Program-made: the position numbers and the translations under genes
Origin: Botryllus schlosseri
Taxonomy: Eukaryota
Reading direction: 5' to 3'
Length of the DNA: 64,000 bases
NCBI GenBank assembly: GCA_051294905.1
Contig: CM119371.1
Coordinates: forward strand, 7,628,001 to 7,692,000
Shown here: one piece after another, positions 25,132 through 38,871 of the stretch
Numbering within the stretch: position 1 is the first letter of the stretch
Layout: each line of letters opens with the position of its first letter
The notes under the pieces: generated by a model
Told to the model about the DNA's origin: nothing
The model's input: the letters and a program-made list of their open reading frames with translations, nothing else
Databases searched by the model: none

Positions 25132-28062
25132 TGAGTGCTGATGCTGTTTCCTACATTGAGTGGTGTGAATATTTAATAATCCAAAGTTTTATATACCTAC
25201 ATAACGCAAATTGTTTAATTGAAGATAGCAATACACATAAATTCTTTTGGTTTCCAATGACATTAGTATTATGTGAAGGAATGCCGGAGTGGGGTCGTGC
25301 TTGACTATAATTTGCCCATAGGAAGGTACGCCAGAAAAGTATACTCGAGAAGATGAAAAAATACCCACTAAAAAGGCTAAGTACTCGGTATCGTTTGTAA
25401 AGTAATATGGGCCGATGTGTCTCATAGATTGTTCCTCGATAACGTTGACTAAAGCGATTTCCCAAGGTGCTGCGTGATCGATGGCGATAGAATAGTGTGA
25501 TAACCAACTTAGGCGTAATTTAGGAAATAATAGTTTGTGGTGCGATGTGATAAGCGCAACTATCACGTATTCACTACTACTACTAACAATAATAAAGTTC
25601 ATAATCCTAATAAAAGGCTATAACCAGAGCTATCTTGTTACTAATTTTACCGGTTAATCTGCTGACTCCAGACATTTGTAAATATGCTGAATCCGACTCC
25701 AGCTCTAACTTCTAATATTTTCATTCTGTTTTAAGCTCTAGTTCAAGGCATAAAATATATGCCTCACGAATAATTCTGATTACTTTTCGATGTCATCGTA
25801 CAAAACCAGTTTAAGAAGCAACCGTAATCGCAAGCGGATTCATACCGAGCGAGATAGCGTTATGGTGATTCGTCCGGCATTTTGATCGGTATAGGTCGTG
25901 GATACGATCCCCGTGTGGATTCGATCAGTGTGGAATGCTGTATTGTTGTGTTGTATCTGACATAATCTGGTATATCAGGAGGTCTAATCTTTCTTTGTTG
26001 AGCTAATGTGTTGCAGTAATTTTGACAACCGCTTATCTTTGATTAATGTCACTGCGTAGGTTTTGGCAAGGTCCAGCGTTGAAGCGACAACTCCGAACAC
26101 TACAGACTAAACACTTTAGCACCCACACGACTGTTTGGATAAACAATCGTCCTTTAGAAAGTCGGATAAAGCTAAATGAAAAATAGAAAATGATTACCTT
26201 CATTGAATTCGTGACATGTTACGGCTAGAATAGCTACGCCAGGGATACTCAATTGACAGACCTTGCAAGTTTTGGATCCGGCCCTTTTCTGGTTTAGTAT
26301 TCTTAAGTAGAATATTCGGATATAGCAGACAAGCGAGAGACTTGGCATTTATTTATATAGTTTGAATATAGGTATCACACCATAAGTATCAGTACCCCGA
26401 CGTAAAGGGGTCCGGAAAATCTAGTATCTACGGGTGGATTTTTTAGTTATCATGACAAATGTGCACAACCGAAAAGGTGGGTGAGAATCTACGGGATACT
26501 AATTTCTCAGGGTGACTAAAACGAACCCTGCTGATGCTGCCTATTAAACAAACTGACTCCTCCGTGAAGCTGTACTTAATTTATCATGATTCAACTTTGG
26601 TCGGTGACGACAAACCACATTTCATTACAATACCGCCTCACTGTTACCCATTGATAAGGAAGAGTGATTCAATAAATAGGTAACTTTGATCAGAAAAAGA
26701 AGCTCATTTCTGGACTGAGAGTAGTCATTGGCGCCAGCGCCCTGTTTCCCTGTAATGAAAACTGTCGCGGATCATCAGCGAGAAAAGATAAGGAACATTT
26801 GATCTCAAAGCAGTTGATGAAACTGCTTGTTCGAATATACTTCTGGCCTTGTATCAAATTTGTACATTCGAGCCAAGTCAAGTCACTAGTTATATCACGC
26901 AAATTTTCACAGTGACGCAAGTCAAATTTAAGTGATCCCAGATTTTTCGATGTTGCGTGAATTTCAAGTCTCCAAATGTCTTCGGTTGGTGTCGTTTGAT
27001 TGAACTGGCGGTTGAAGATATGCTTATGCATAATGGGCTGACCTCGCCATCCTTCGTCATGATTGGTTCCATCAATTTCCGAACTTCCTGGTGGATATCA
27101 GTACCGGACTATTTATGTAAGTCGCTGAGAATGCCGTTTATAGGGTATAATGCTAAATAATATGGACGGCTAATTTAGTTTCAGCGACGTTTATTGACTA
27201 AAATGGTGTGTGAAGGCTGTAGGTAATGCCGAACTCATGTGTGAAGCAGAAATTGGTCAAGCGCAAATTTCGGTAAAATGCCGCCTAAGAAAATATCAAA
27301 TTTGGTTCTCATTGAAGCATAACTTTTTAATCAATAACCATTCATCTGAATATTTGTGCACCACTGCATCCAAAATCACGAAGACGTGTATCGGCCGGTA
27401 TTGGTTGTCGTAAATAATATTTATTTGCGTACCCCCATACAGCTGTAGACTGATTCAGGCAAGTGTTAGCATCAGGTAATTATGCACAAACGCTCTTGAT
27501 TGAGCAAATGAATGCATGTTAGCTTTAATGGTATTATGCCTGTGATGAAAAAATGAAGCTGTTTCATCTGCAATGTCGCTGATTTACAGTATCCAAAGCG
27601 TAAATGGAAAGGGAAACCTATAAATAAGACATTAGTGTTGATCACATGGTGATTACTGGTGAGGCTGCGATGTTAATAATGGTTTGCGAAGTAGAATGTT
27701 TCATGACTTGAATGTCCGAGTCAAGTCATGATTCAGGTCATCATAAATCTGGCATAGGCTACGTCCACCTCAAAACCCTTTCCTTCATAATTTAAGTTGC
27801 TGTATAACGCCTTGCAAAGTATTTCTCTTATTCCTGATTCATTATAATTTTATGATACTTGACCGTAATCCGAGCAGAAGTCGTAAGCAATGCTATCATC
27901 CTGCACGCTTTTAATGAGGTAGTGGCAGCACGTAGCAGCCAATTGGCACATTGCGCTTTAATGAATGAACACTCAGTTCTATAGATATAGGCCTAGATTG
28001 TCATAACACGAATTACACGCAGCACTCAGTTCAGATATAAATATCGAGGTGCAGAGGTGTAT

Positions 28063-28287
28063 TTATCTATAGAAAATTAAAACAGACGACTCTATCAACT
28101 TTGTTGACGCTGCCCATGAGGGATTATGCGGCGCATCCATACCGGCAAAATCCCCGAAGTAATCGATATGGCCTTTGTTACTACTCGTGCTTCCAATACA
28201 CATGTGCTCGACATTCCCTTTTCCCGTTTTTATCTTTACACCGGAGCAAAGAGCGAAAGCGTTTCCCTCGTGATTTATTGCCCGAAA
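28063..28287 (-). CDS. itln: Intelectin B, exon 5 (last)
   Basis: 75 codons: FRAINHEGNAFALCSG..NVEHMCIG..GDFAGMDAPHNPSW..SVLIFYR*. Confidence 0.94.
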   Translation of the reverse strand, partial: FRAINHEGNAFALCSGVKIKTGKGNVEHMCIGSTSSNKGHIDYFGDFAGMDAPHNPSWAASTKLIESSVLIFYR

Positions 28288-28477
28288 CTAGAAAATAATA
28301 ATTGAATAAATCATTCTTTAATCAAAAAGTATTGTGCGGAGGGTCGACCCAATTAAATGGCGGATAGCCCCAAATCTAAATCTTGACAACAAGGAAGAAA
28401 AGTGGTCATGAATTAGTTAGGAAATTTGCCGAATGACCGTTTCGTGACTTTCCTTGTAAGGCTTGGGAACCCTAACG

Positions 28478-28864
28478 TAGGGTTACCATATTTTGGAATC
28501 GGGAAAGGAGGACACTTTTATCAAATAAGAAAAGTTAGTTGATCGAAACTGAAAACAGTCGATCTCGCTATTTTTGCTGTAAAATATGGTCATCACGTTC
28601 GTTCGACTCCCGGTTTACTGACTTTTTACTGCAACTTGGTAATGTTGACCAAACAATGTCCTCACTTTCGATCAAACCATGAATTACCTATTGAGCGTCA
28701 TTTATGCCCATTTTCATTCGAATCTCTCCATTATCTTAACTGTAATAGCTGTAAAGGAGGCCGAATTGCCAAAAAGAAGGACTTTTAGGCGTCATCGTGG
28801 GACATCTGCAAAACCGGGAAAATAGAGGACAAACCCTCTTAAAGGAGAACGTATGGTAACCCTA
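28478..28864. mobile_element. MITE (TAGGGTTACCATA TIR family)
   Basis: TIRs at both ends, TSD ccctaacg/ccctaatg. Confidence 0.85.
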
Positions 28865-29303
28865 CCCTAATGTTGAATGATATGTGTTCATTTTTCCCTA
28901 TGTGACACATGCGGTGGAATTGCAAAATGCTACGACATATTCACATTCCACTCATCATAAGCTATATTTAAAGAATTGATTGCGATCTTTCATCATGTTT
29001 CATTGCTCATTGTGAAAGATGAAAATGATAGTGCACAGGAGACATATGGCAATTATATTTATTTCCCTGATATATTTATTCGATAATTGGACGCATATTT
29101 CTCGCTGGTATGGTTTCAACTACACGATGTAATATTACGAGGTTCGGTTACGCAAAATCATAACGCTGAAAGGTTTGACTGCTTAAACGATGCAGAAATA
29201 GATGATATATTGCTGACATAAACAGTTTCCTAACCTCCTCCGAACCTTCTATTGGAGAGGCTCTAATGAATCTGGTGGGAAATGATGAAGTAAAAGATTA
29301 TAC

Positions 29304-29526
29304 TTGCACGTATCCGCCATCGACTTCAGCTCGTGCGCTCGATCCCAGCAAATCAAGATAATACTGTTTGCTGCCTTTTGCCCACACCACTGGTATTGCC
29401 GGACCGTTGTCAACGTTTACTTTGTATATGCCGTCTCTTATTTTGAAATGTTGCGAGTATAAATACCCAAGATTTCCTCCGAAAGTCGGTAGAAATCCAT
29501 TGTTAGTGTAGTATTTGAACAACGCT
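29304..29526 (-). CDS. itln: Intelectin B, exon 4
   Basis: 223 bp, ag/gt, same phases as A exon 4. Confidence 0.95.
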
Positions 29527-30046
29527 CTAAATATAGTTCAAACGTGTATTTTAGTTTGGTGCATTCCATTAGTTTCTCGGAGGACCCTAGTCTTACGGGT
29601 TCCGCTTGGCGTCAAGACATTCTCAACTATTACTTCACATATGATTAGTGATAACACGCCGGGCAGGGTCATCTTTGGCTGTAGGCAATTTGAAGTGTTT
29701 TGAACAAACGCGATGTTTTTACGTCGCAAAGGATAGAATTTGGCAGGTATTATATTAATTGCGATGAGCTGAGAAAAAAAGGGCATCGCGTATCGGTCAA
29801 AATTAGTAAATCGCAACAGCTCCAAACTAGCTTTCGTGCGGCTTCAATTGACCCCTGAAAATTTCACAAAATCTAGTAGGCAGTTGTTGTTTGCTTTTAT
29901 AAATATTCTTCGTCGATTCCTGTATATCAATGCCAAAATAACGGATATCAGTTATGCCTAAGCCGCTCAAGGGAACCGGTAAGAGAATTTCTGCAGACTA
30001 CGGCGCGTCAACGCATAGGCGAATACCCGTCACATAACTTAATACA

Positions 30047-30395
30047 TTTACATTTTAATAATATATTCATATCGTAAATATATCAAAACCCGAAGCTTTT
30101 CGAGCTGTCGACACTCTTCAGGGGCAATTGTCAGCATATAGAGAATTTCAAAAACTTGCATTTAACTACATTGCATACATCCAATTGTGACGTCATAGAA
30201 ACGAAAACAACATTGAGTACGGGTAAACCGCGAGCACAGCTAGTGGCCAGTTTTTAGCTGAACAAACGCTCCTTCTTCTGGCATAAGCGCGATTGATGGA
30301 TCTCTATAGGCTGACGATTGCCCCTAAAGAATGTCAGCTCGAAAACCTTCGGGTTTTAATATATATTTATGATATGAATATATTATTAAAATGTA
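30047..30395. mobile_element. Fold-back (~100-bp arms), Penelope-like terminal-repeat fragments
   Basis: 30047-30145 is the reverse complement of ~30300-30395; related to 15065-15475. Confidence 0.55.
30088..30125 (-). ncRNA. Minimal type-I hammerhead ribozyme motif
   Basis: Minus strand gccc-CTGAAGA-gtgtcgacagctc-GAAA-agct-TC-gggt; palindromic helix III AAGCTT. Confidence 0.6.
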
Positions 30396-30679
30396 TATTA
30401 AACTTCTGTACCCTAAAAAGTATCTTCAGAATCTTAATATATCTAGGATTTTACTGGTGACGGACTTTTATATATTGTTTCTGCGAAAAGCCCATGTCCA
30501 TACAATTTTACTAGCATCACAATAACGGCTGATAGCCAGGCATAAGTTCAATATTACTCCGCATATAATATATTTCCGCTGGAAACCTGTGTGAATATGA
30601 ATACTGGAGAGCTTTTCACAACTCAACGACACACAACTTAAATTGCAGTAATGATGTGTATTAGCACTTTACAGGTTTT

Positions 30680-31260
30680 TTCATTGAATACCACTCGCCA
30701 GACGCAGCGAACGATCTACCAAACAACATAGAAAAACATGACATATCTACGAACGAAGCAAGAACTCTGATCCACGAATTCTGCAAAACCAAATGGGATT
30801 ATCACTGGACTCAAATCGACATTGAGTCGCAGTATCGACGAATGTTTTCAAGCATCGATGATCATACGAACATGCCGCGGCTCTCCCGTAGAGAATCGTC
30901 CATTCTCATTAGGATGCAAACGGGGCATTGTCGACTAAACGCTCATCTGTATAAACTTGGACTTCATGAAACGGGACTTTGCGACACGTGCAATCAACTA
31001 GAGACGCTTGACCATTTTGTTACTTCATGCAATCGCTACGACCGAGCCAGGGTCCATCTAATTCAATCCGCACATAGACACAATATTCCACTTTCGCTTA
31101 GCTCGCTTTTGAAAAGTCCTCACACGCTACAATCACTGTTAGACTTTGTTATATTGTCCATTAGAGACTTATAGTTGTATTATTGAACAAAATAGGCATG
31201 GTGCAAAAGGCCTCACTTAGCCGAGAAGCACCCCCCTCCCCCTATACATACATACATACT
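30680..31260 (+). mobile_element. 5'-truncated non-LTR retrotransposon 3' end (I/Nimb-group-like)
   Basis: ORF 30842-31174 contains RMQTGHCRLNAHL..CDTC..ETLDHF..C (C-terminal CCHC region); short 3'UTR and (TACA)n tail. 5' boundary approximate. Confidence 0.8.
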
Positions 31261-31788
31261 CGCCAATCCGCGTCTGTCGATAGATCGATGCTAAATAACC
31301 GTTCCAAGCATAGCCTACTTGCGCAGTTTCATGCTGTTCTATACGTATTCTGATGTTTAAAATGGGCTCCGGAATCAAAAAGGCATGTTAACCATTGGTC
31401 AAAACAGATGGCTGGCTGGAAGTTTCCGACTCCTGACCTATACACCAACGCAATCATGGCTGCAAGCAGCATTTAGATTCTATCGACTATGGATGAAATT
31501 CATCAACTAATGTAATGAATTATAGTTATTCAACATTCTACTTGCCATTGCTATACGCTAAGCGAATTGAAACAATAACGCCAAGTGGTTCAAAAGTTGT
31601 AATGCGCGTAGTAGGCTACTAGTGATAGTGGAAAGACCTCAAGTGGTACGTGAGTAACTGCAACGCGCATATGAATTTGTGAATAAAATTAATAACCAAA
31701 CCAGGGTTTTAATTTTAAGACTTTACATCCAAGTAACGCTGGGCCTACTAAAATCTAGTTGTACAAGTGAGGAAGGGATGTGTCATGT

Positions 31789-32547
31789 CAAGGACCGAAA
31801 CAACACTTCTTCAGCCGCTGGCCAAAAAACGTTGGTCTTGGACCCCCATAGGGTGATTAACCACCCCTCCTCCATCCAGACACCCATCGCCATGGACCTT
31901 TTTGGCGCTATATTACCAGCGAGATCTGTTTTACTGTTTTGTGAGCAATTTTATATAGCCTAAACCACGCAAAGAGTGAAAATATTATATAATTATTGAT
32001 TGAATCGGTCAATATGATCGGCAATTGCATATATATTGCTATCAATTTTTATCTTCTCCCTGCTCTGCCCGTAAATAATACTTGAACAGCTTCGGGTTGA
32101 CCCGTTGGTAAAATGAATTTGTTACATGATGTTATTTCGGGACCCGCTGACTGCTACCGCTACGTCAAAAGACATTGAAATCTGCAAAACGTACTAAAGT
32201 AAAAGATGCACACGATTAGAAGTTGGTATTTTTTCATCGGCAAATAATTAAACACTTAAACATATATGTACCCTATATTGTATATGCATCGAAGTTTTCG
32301 GTCAGCATAAGGTCAGTCCTTTTTGGCCAAGGTTTTCTGACTGCCGATCGTTCTGGTACACCTTTTGGAGTCTCATGTACATGGCCTAAAACTATGTATG
32401 TCTCGGTACGTCGTGGTGCGGTAATGGCCGACTCCGAAATACTCATTTCTACAAAGTATGCGTATTTTTTCTTGGGGAAGGTACCCAGCAATTTAGATAT
32501 TTGCCTAGATCAGATCGTGCACAGCGGGTGCGGCAGTTACGGTCCTG
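31789..32547. mobile_element. Family H element copy
   Basis: Right TIR GCGGCAGTTACGGTCCTG; internal match to 11852-12919 and 59397-60709. Confidence 0.65.
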
Positions 32548-32974
32548 GTCTTCTCCCAAGTTCCTTAGACTCTTCAATAAAGTATTGACCTGGTTTATCT
32601 ACGGCTCAATTTCAGCTTGTGTTAATCAGACTCATAATATTGATCCCCATTGTGAAAACACAAATTGCGCGACAAGCAAAGGGAGATTCATACTCGCTCA
32701 TCGCATCAAATCGACCGTTTGTTCGACACTAACCTCGGTATCATTTAATTATAGCCAAGCCTACACAGTTGCCTTCACCTTTTTCGATCTAGTAACCCAG
32801 GAGCCACCAACTTAAAACGGGTCGCCGGCCATTTTTCGAATTGCCTCGGACTGCCTTAAGGCAATATCAAGATAATATTTTACGCAGTTTAATGACCACG
32901 TTTTACATCCATTTCATCAGTATAGCGCAGTGTTCTCTGACATGGGCAACGAACATAGCTATACTACAATATAA

Positions 32975-33932
32975 CAGTGTTGGGATCAAGTCACTACCTT
33001 CGAGTCACGAGTCATTTCGAGTCATTGCACATTTTGACTCGAGTCAAGTCAAGTCAATCGATTTTCGAAAGTGACTCGAGTCAAGTCAAGTCACTCGATT
33101 TTTGGAGGTGACTCGAGTCAAGTCGAGTCAAGTCAAGTCAAGTCACGAGTCAAGTCACTATTCAAGTCAAGTTGCCTTTTCGAAGTATATGGCATGCTTA
33201 CGTCATTGCATTTTGCTAGCTGTCAGAAATAAAGATTGAGTGGTCATTTATTCTGGACTCATGAACGAATATAGAGTTAAATATACACGTAAGAAGGCGC
33301 TTTAGTGCTCATATATACGTAGAAATGCTAAACTACATAAGTAGTAGCGTAGCCTCGGATTGTAGTTACCAGCTAAAATAGAGAATAGAGAAACAATACA
33401 TTACCCAGTTACAAATTGATATGATAAAATTCGGGCCTGCCCTAATGGCTGAGGACTATAGAAACTATGTTAGAATTCAATTTCAATAAAACAAGTTTGG
33501 TTAAGTTAAGAACAGAGAACAGAAATAGACATTTTGCTATTAAATTACTTTACTATACTAGTTTACAACAGCGTCAGCTGTAAGCTTCGATCACTTCGTT
33601 TCCGATCACTATATTTATGTGAGAACAATGGAGGTTCCAGTAAAAAGCACAATCATTGAATGATTGGTCGCTCTCACGGGTTACACCAGCGTTTCGCGTA
33701 CAATCCGAACATATGCAAGAAACAATGATTTTTATTGACGTCGATTGCTTGATGACTCGAAATTGACTCGTGAATTTCGCTCCGAGTCACGAGTCAATCC
33801 ACATTTCTGATACGCCGAGTCAAGTCAAGTCAAGTCATTTTAGCAAAGTGACTCGAGTCAAGTCAAGTCATACGAAAAAGGTGACTCGAGTCTGACTCGA
33901 GTCAAGTCATGACTCGAGTCATCCCAACACTG
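32975..33932. mobile_element. hAT-type non-autonomous element with (TCAAG)n/GACTCGAGTC subterminal repeats
   Basis: TIR CAGTGTTGGGAT/ATCCCAACACTG, perfect TSD CAATATAA. Confidence 0.9.
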
Positions 33933-35109
33933 CAATATAAGTAATATTTGATTAAAGGAATTCGAAAACAACAAAAATATAATCATTACAGTTTCATTTT
34001 GGTTGTCGCTATGAGATGAGCACGATACCTACAACGATTTTCAGCAACTAAGGAATAAAAATTGGGGCTAACGATATACGCTACCACAGCTGAAAGACCG
34101 TCTACTCCGGAAAAGCTTAATCTTGTGGGGAAGCCCTAAGCAAGAGGTGGCCAACCCGCGGCGGTAGAAAGGAATTTGTATGTTTATGTCAATTAGTATG
34201 TGTTGACGGCCGTCGACATGCAAATTTTATTTACGAATGAACTATTAAATTATTGTGAGATTTTGATAAAAGTTGAAATACCTTATAGAAATACAAACTT
34301 GGAACTGTGCGTTCCTAACGAAAGAAATTTATTTCTGGTACGCTCGGGCGATTCCAATATCGCTCCACTAAACCGACAATCCTGATATGAGGTCAAGAAA
34401 TAGCATTCAATGGTTAGCAAAACTAATAACAATTCACCAAAGTTGCATCATCATTTATGACTTGTCATAAATTTTCGATAACACTCCTTTCATCAACTCT
34501 ACCGGTGAATCTGATCACATGGGCTGAGAAGGAATAAATATTTGATGGAAATATGTGAAACTAGTAACATTAACGACGAAATTCATTCGTGAATTCGAAA
34601 AAAATTCTCGCGCGTTGCGTGACCATTTGGCATCCAGTTATTTAATTGAGATTACATTCGCTGGAATGCGGCCGTAACAGCAAAAAGATTGGCCGCTGCT
34701 GCGGCCTAGGCAGTTTTCTAAGCGTCTCGATCTTGGCGGTGTCTGGGCTGATGGATGCTGGTTGAATGCTAATGTTATCACTGAAGCAGTTTTAGCTGGA
34801 GATGAATGTTGAGGTTGGGAACTGGAAAATAGCTTATTTCGAAACAGCAACAACAACAACAACAACGATAATTCGAAATAGATATCAATTTCAGCATTCA
34901 GCCGAAATTTCGGATCAGATCGTGGCCGCTAAATATGGCCTTGCAGACGCGTGTAGGTGATCCCTGTAGTATTCAAAGTTGCTGTCGAGAAAACAAGGTA
35001 GTACGGTGTAACGTGAACATACACGTGCTAAAAATGAAATGAACATGAAAACAGTTTGGGAAGCACTCCATTGTACGAACGAATATGAAATGTCTCAGTG
35101 TGTACTTAC

Positions 35110-35414
35110 CGATTTTTGATGTCAGGCAATGGAGTGACATTCGGGACATGCCAGATCATGATGTCACCGGCGTACATACTGAAATAGCCGGGGTTTTTGT
35201 AGTCGTCGCTCGTAGCTGATGCGGGTATCCCATAAGTCGCACGGTTTTCCCAGAATCCATCACCATGTGGGTGTAGAGCAGACACGCCTTGCTCGCTGAA
35301 CCAGCGATCACCAGGAGTACATCTTCCTTTCATGTTATTTTCATGGATCGAAGCAACTAGATTCCAGCCTCCACCTCCCACCTCCATGTCGCAGTATGTG
35401 TGGAAGACGTTTCC
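35110..35414 (-). CDS. itln: Intelectin B, exon 3
   Basis: 305 bp, ag/gt: GNVFHTYCDMEVGGGGWNLVASIHENN..DDYKNPGY..IWHVPN. Confidence 0.96.
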
Positions 35415-35652
35415 CTGTAAGAAAAGACGCCAGCGCGTGCTTATTATCCCCAACAAAGTTTAACATTCAAATTACAGACTTTCGAAGAAAAGTGAAAATT
35501 TACCATTTACGCTCGGGGAATGCACGAATCGGACTTCTACTTACGCCCCAATCCTGAGCTTTGTCGCGTATGACCAATGTATTCTAAGTCTTAGCCTATG
35601 GAACGTTGCAACACCTCAGCGTAGCAAATCTGCATGCTTACGATTTCTTTGT

Positions 35653-36110
35653 AGGGGAGATGTGGTACCGATGGATCAAAAATTACAAAATGATCTCTGG
35701 CCCCCAAATGTTAAGCCGATAACAACAAATCTTTTGCTAGCTCAATACTTTGATACCAGCTCTTCCTACCGCGGCTATATTCATGAATATCCCCCTTCTC
35801 AAAACATATATTAAGGTTCAAAATTTGTTACTCGAGCGTAGCATCGGTCCCCATTGGGTGGGTCCAAAGGAGCATGACTCGAGGACCTTTGAGACATACG
35901 TTCAAAAACTCATAGATGTTCCAACTTTTCTTCCGTGTACTATAATCTAACTGATATCAAGTCGAAGAAGAATGTTTGGTTGCCACCTTGGTAAATTAGA
36001 ATAAATATTAACTCATACGTTGGCAGAACATGAAGTTTCGATTTAGGCTCGAACTTACAAATTTGAGGGTACATACCATAGCCTAAATATTTCTCGTAAG
36101 TCGACATTTT
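35653..36110. mobile_element. Partial TIR element, AGGGGAGATGTGGTACC family
   Basis: Matches the reverse complement of the right part of 61848-62802. Confidence 0.6.
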
Positions 36111-37571
36111 GACTTCAAAATAGCTCGTTGAAGCGATAAAATACCACGGGGAATTATGAAATTCAGACTCCGTGGGAAGGAGTGTTTCTGTGGTAGCATG
36201 ATTACTAAGTTCAACTATTTTGCTTGATTTGGCTGTTATCATCGACTCCCGACGCTACAAATTTCGCAATCAAGAATATATCGAATAAAATTTATATGTG
36301 TCGCTATATAGCCTGATGCAAGTCCTACGCTTCACAATAAAAACCATTGCTGATTTCTTCGTGTTGAAGGTTACAAAGAAAATTGAATCAGTCGATATAA
36401 ATTTATTTTATACCTCCCAAAACAGAAAACATCCGTCTTAGACCCATTTAATCGCGCAGGAAAAATTTATTTGCATGTAAAGAAAGATTCTGCTGGCAAT
36501 CAATCCGGATTTTAGTGGTTCTTTTTCAGAAAAAGATCAGCATTCATGGCAGGCTTTTCAATCATAATTTTAGGTTTATTCTATCGGTTACCCATGACTA
36601 CTCTTCCAACATTTAATGAAAATTTTAAGAAAGATATCACATGTAGTATTTAATAAATTTTTATTTCAAGTAGGGTTACGATATGTCCTCCTTCAGTCAA
36701 ATTGAAAGTCTCCTCGGAGGACGCCTAAATGTCCTCTTTTTTGGGAATTTGTCCTCATGTTTCAGAATTTTTTAAAATGCGATAAAAAACTTGACTCTGG
36801 CGCAGCTAACGCCGGAGTTGGGAAAGCAATCTAAAAAATTACGTCGTGGGAGTAAAGATGGAAAAAATGACATTTTTTTAGTCAACACAGTACCATTGGT
36901 CGCAAAATTTTCAAAATTTTCTCCAGTTTTTATTTCGGTACTAGGGCTTTCAGAATTTTCGAAATGTGTCCTCTTGTTCGGATCTCGAAATATGGTAAGC
37001 CTGTCTAAAACTTCTATATATTCTACTTTTTGTCCCACGGTATATAGAAAAAGAAATAGATTTGGCTTCGTTCCAACTTAAACGCGGAACGCTAGGGCAA
37101 CGATACCTCAATTCCCTATCTACTACCATACCAGGCATTGAGCAAATATCGTAGACTACATCAATGTACATGGCCTGAAAAGATTTAGTTTTGTACATTT
37201 GCTTCCGTTTTGAATCCAGATTTAGTAAGTATGCATTGTCATGTCGGAGCTTTACGAATGTATCAACGAATGAGTGAATGTATCCATTTCCAAATTGAAT
37301 CTTTGAATTGAGACAGTCATCAATTCACTCAATCTCATTTTGAGACGGCAGTATGCACAATAATGCCAACAACGAAGCAGTCCGATGAAAGGTCTGTCAA
37401 TGTTTTTAGTTTATACGATCAATATGAAGATTTTTGAATCTAATAAAGTTTTGATAACAAGAGTCGTAATGAGTCTGTTACTAGAGAGAAGTATCGCCTA
37501 GATGAAAATTACCATTGCGTATTCGCATTGCACCTGGAGCAGAAAATTATCGTTATCGATCTAATACTTGC

Positions 37572-37672
37572 TTCCTTGTCGACGATGTAGTATAGCCCGT
37601 TCTTAACTGCAGAATTATGTCCCTTCAATCCTTTACAGCTCTGAGCTGGATTGTTATTTGAGCCGAGTGGAT
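37572..37672 (-). CDS. itln: Intelectin B, exon 2 (GC donor)
   Basis: 101 bp: DPLGSNNNPAQSCKGLKGHNSAVKNGLYYIVDKE; acceptor cgcag, donor GCAAGT. Confidence 0.88.
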
Positions 37673-38428
37673 CTGCGAAATACCGATGATTAGAACGTTG
37701 AAAGGTTACCGCAAAATAAGGATGGTTCGAACTTTCTGTTCACGAACATGTTCGCTGTGCTAATATTAATATTTCCGAGGTTCACGCTCACAAAGAACTT
37801 TCGTAGGTTTTCCCCCGCGAAATTATTGTTAATATTATAGATAGTTGAGAAATAAGGTGACGCTGAGGTCTGATGTAACACGTGCAAGGTTTATCGTGAA
37901 ATATATGAAATTGCCTATATGTCAAAGGGGCGGATTGGTTACAGCCAGTGACATGCGCTCAGGATATACAAGTGGTGCATTTTGCTTTTCAGATTCATAT
38001 CACTCTTCGCAAGGCGCTGACAGAATGAAAAACTCAGCAATAAACGAGCGTGCACCTTGCCAATTTCTAAAATTATTTGCTCGAAAGTTTGCTCGGAATA
38101 TTCAGTTCCGTTTGTGAATCTTTAGTGACTATATGCTGTGAGCTTTGCACGCAATCACACAAATAGAAAGAACGAAACACACTAAATGTTGGAAGTCAGA
38201 TAGTTGTGCTTTGTCAATCAATCAATTATTTACATCAACGAAATTGATTTGAAGAATGCTTCGCTGAATAATGTGAAAAATAAAATCTAGCAGGTGTTCG
38301 GGATCTATCTTGATCTGATATCCTTATTGGAAACCCGATTGGATTGTTGGCTACTGTACATTGTGTGTAGTGTACAACTTGTTCTTGAGATAATATCTTC
38401 CGAAATTATAGAAACCAGTATATCACCC

Positions 38429-38871
38429 TTAAAGGACATCTTTATCGGTGTAATCGACTTTCCATTATTTGGTAGAGATATTTTCATAGATTTTGAAAAT
38501 ATATGTCTTCTTGTCAGAATATGGGTATTTTTCAAGATATTGAGCGTGAAACAGCAACCCCCGTTGAAACGACTTAAAATCGCTCGACCGTCTGATGACG
38601 TCAGACGTGCTGTTTTGTTTTTGTTGCTCACTAGTCGAGTGCCGTGGCATACGGGGGCTCGAATGACGCCTATACAGAACCTAAAGTTTCGTTGAAAACG
38701 TTTCCCACGAAAGAGTCTCAACCCATGGGACACGCTGGGAGAACGTGGAAAGACTGGATGGGAACGCCGGAAAAATCATACGCCTTCAATAGCTGTGTTT
38801 TGTGTTCCAGTCATTTTGAACAGGAATGCTATGAACGTACTTCACAGGCAAGCAGGCTTTCGATGCAGTAA
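38429..38871 (+). mobile_element. Kolobok-like left end with degenerate THAP zinc finger
   Basis: TTAAAGG start, then AYGGSN..VSLKTFP..W..LCSSHFE..C (THAP-like; N-terminal cysteines eroded). No right end identified. Confidence 0.5.

Noticed and set aside
26775..26800. FLIFSR* as last exon of intelectin B
   Set aside because: Upstream frame is closed and dissimilar; the real exon is 28287-28063.
25984..27100. Possible exons of an unknown minus-strand gene (26288-26198, 26099-25984, ORF 26690-27031)
   Set aside because: Splice phases fit but there is no recognisable homology and nearby stops; could be chance.
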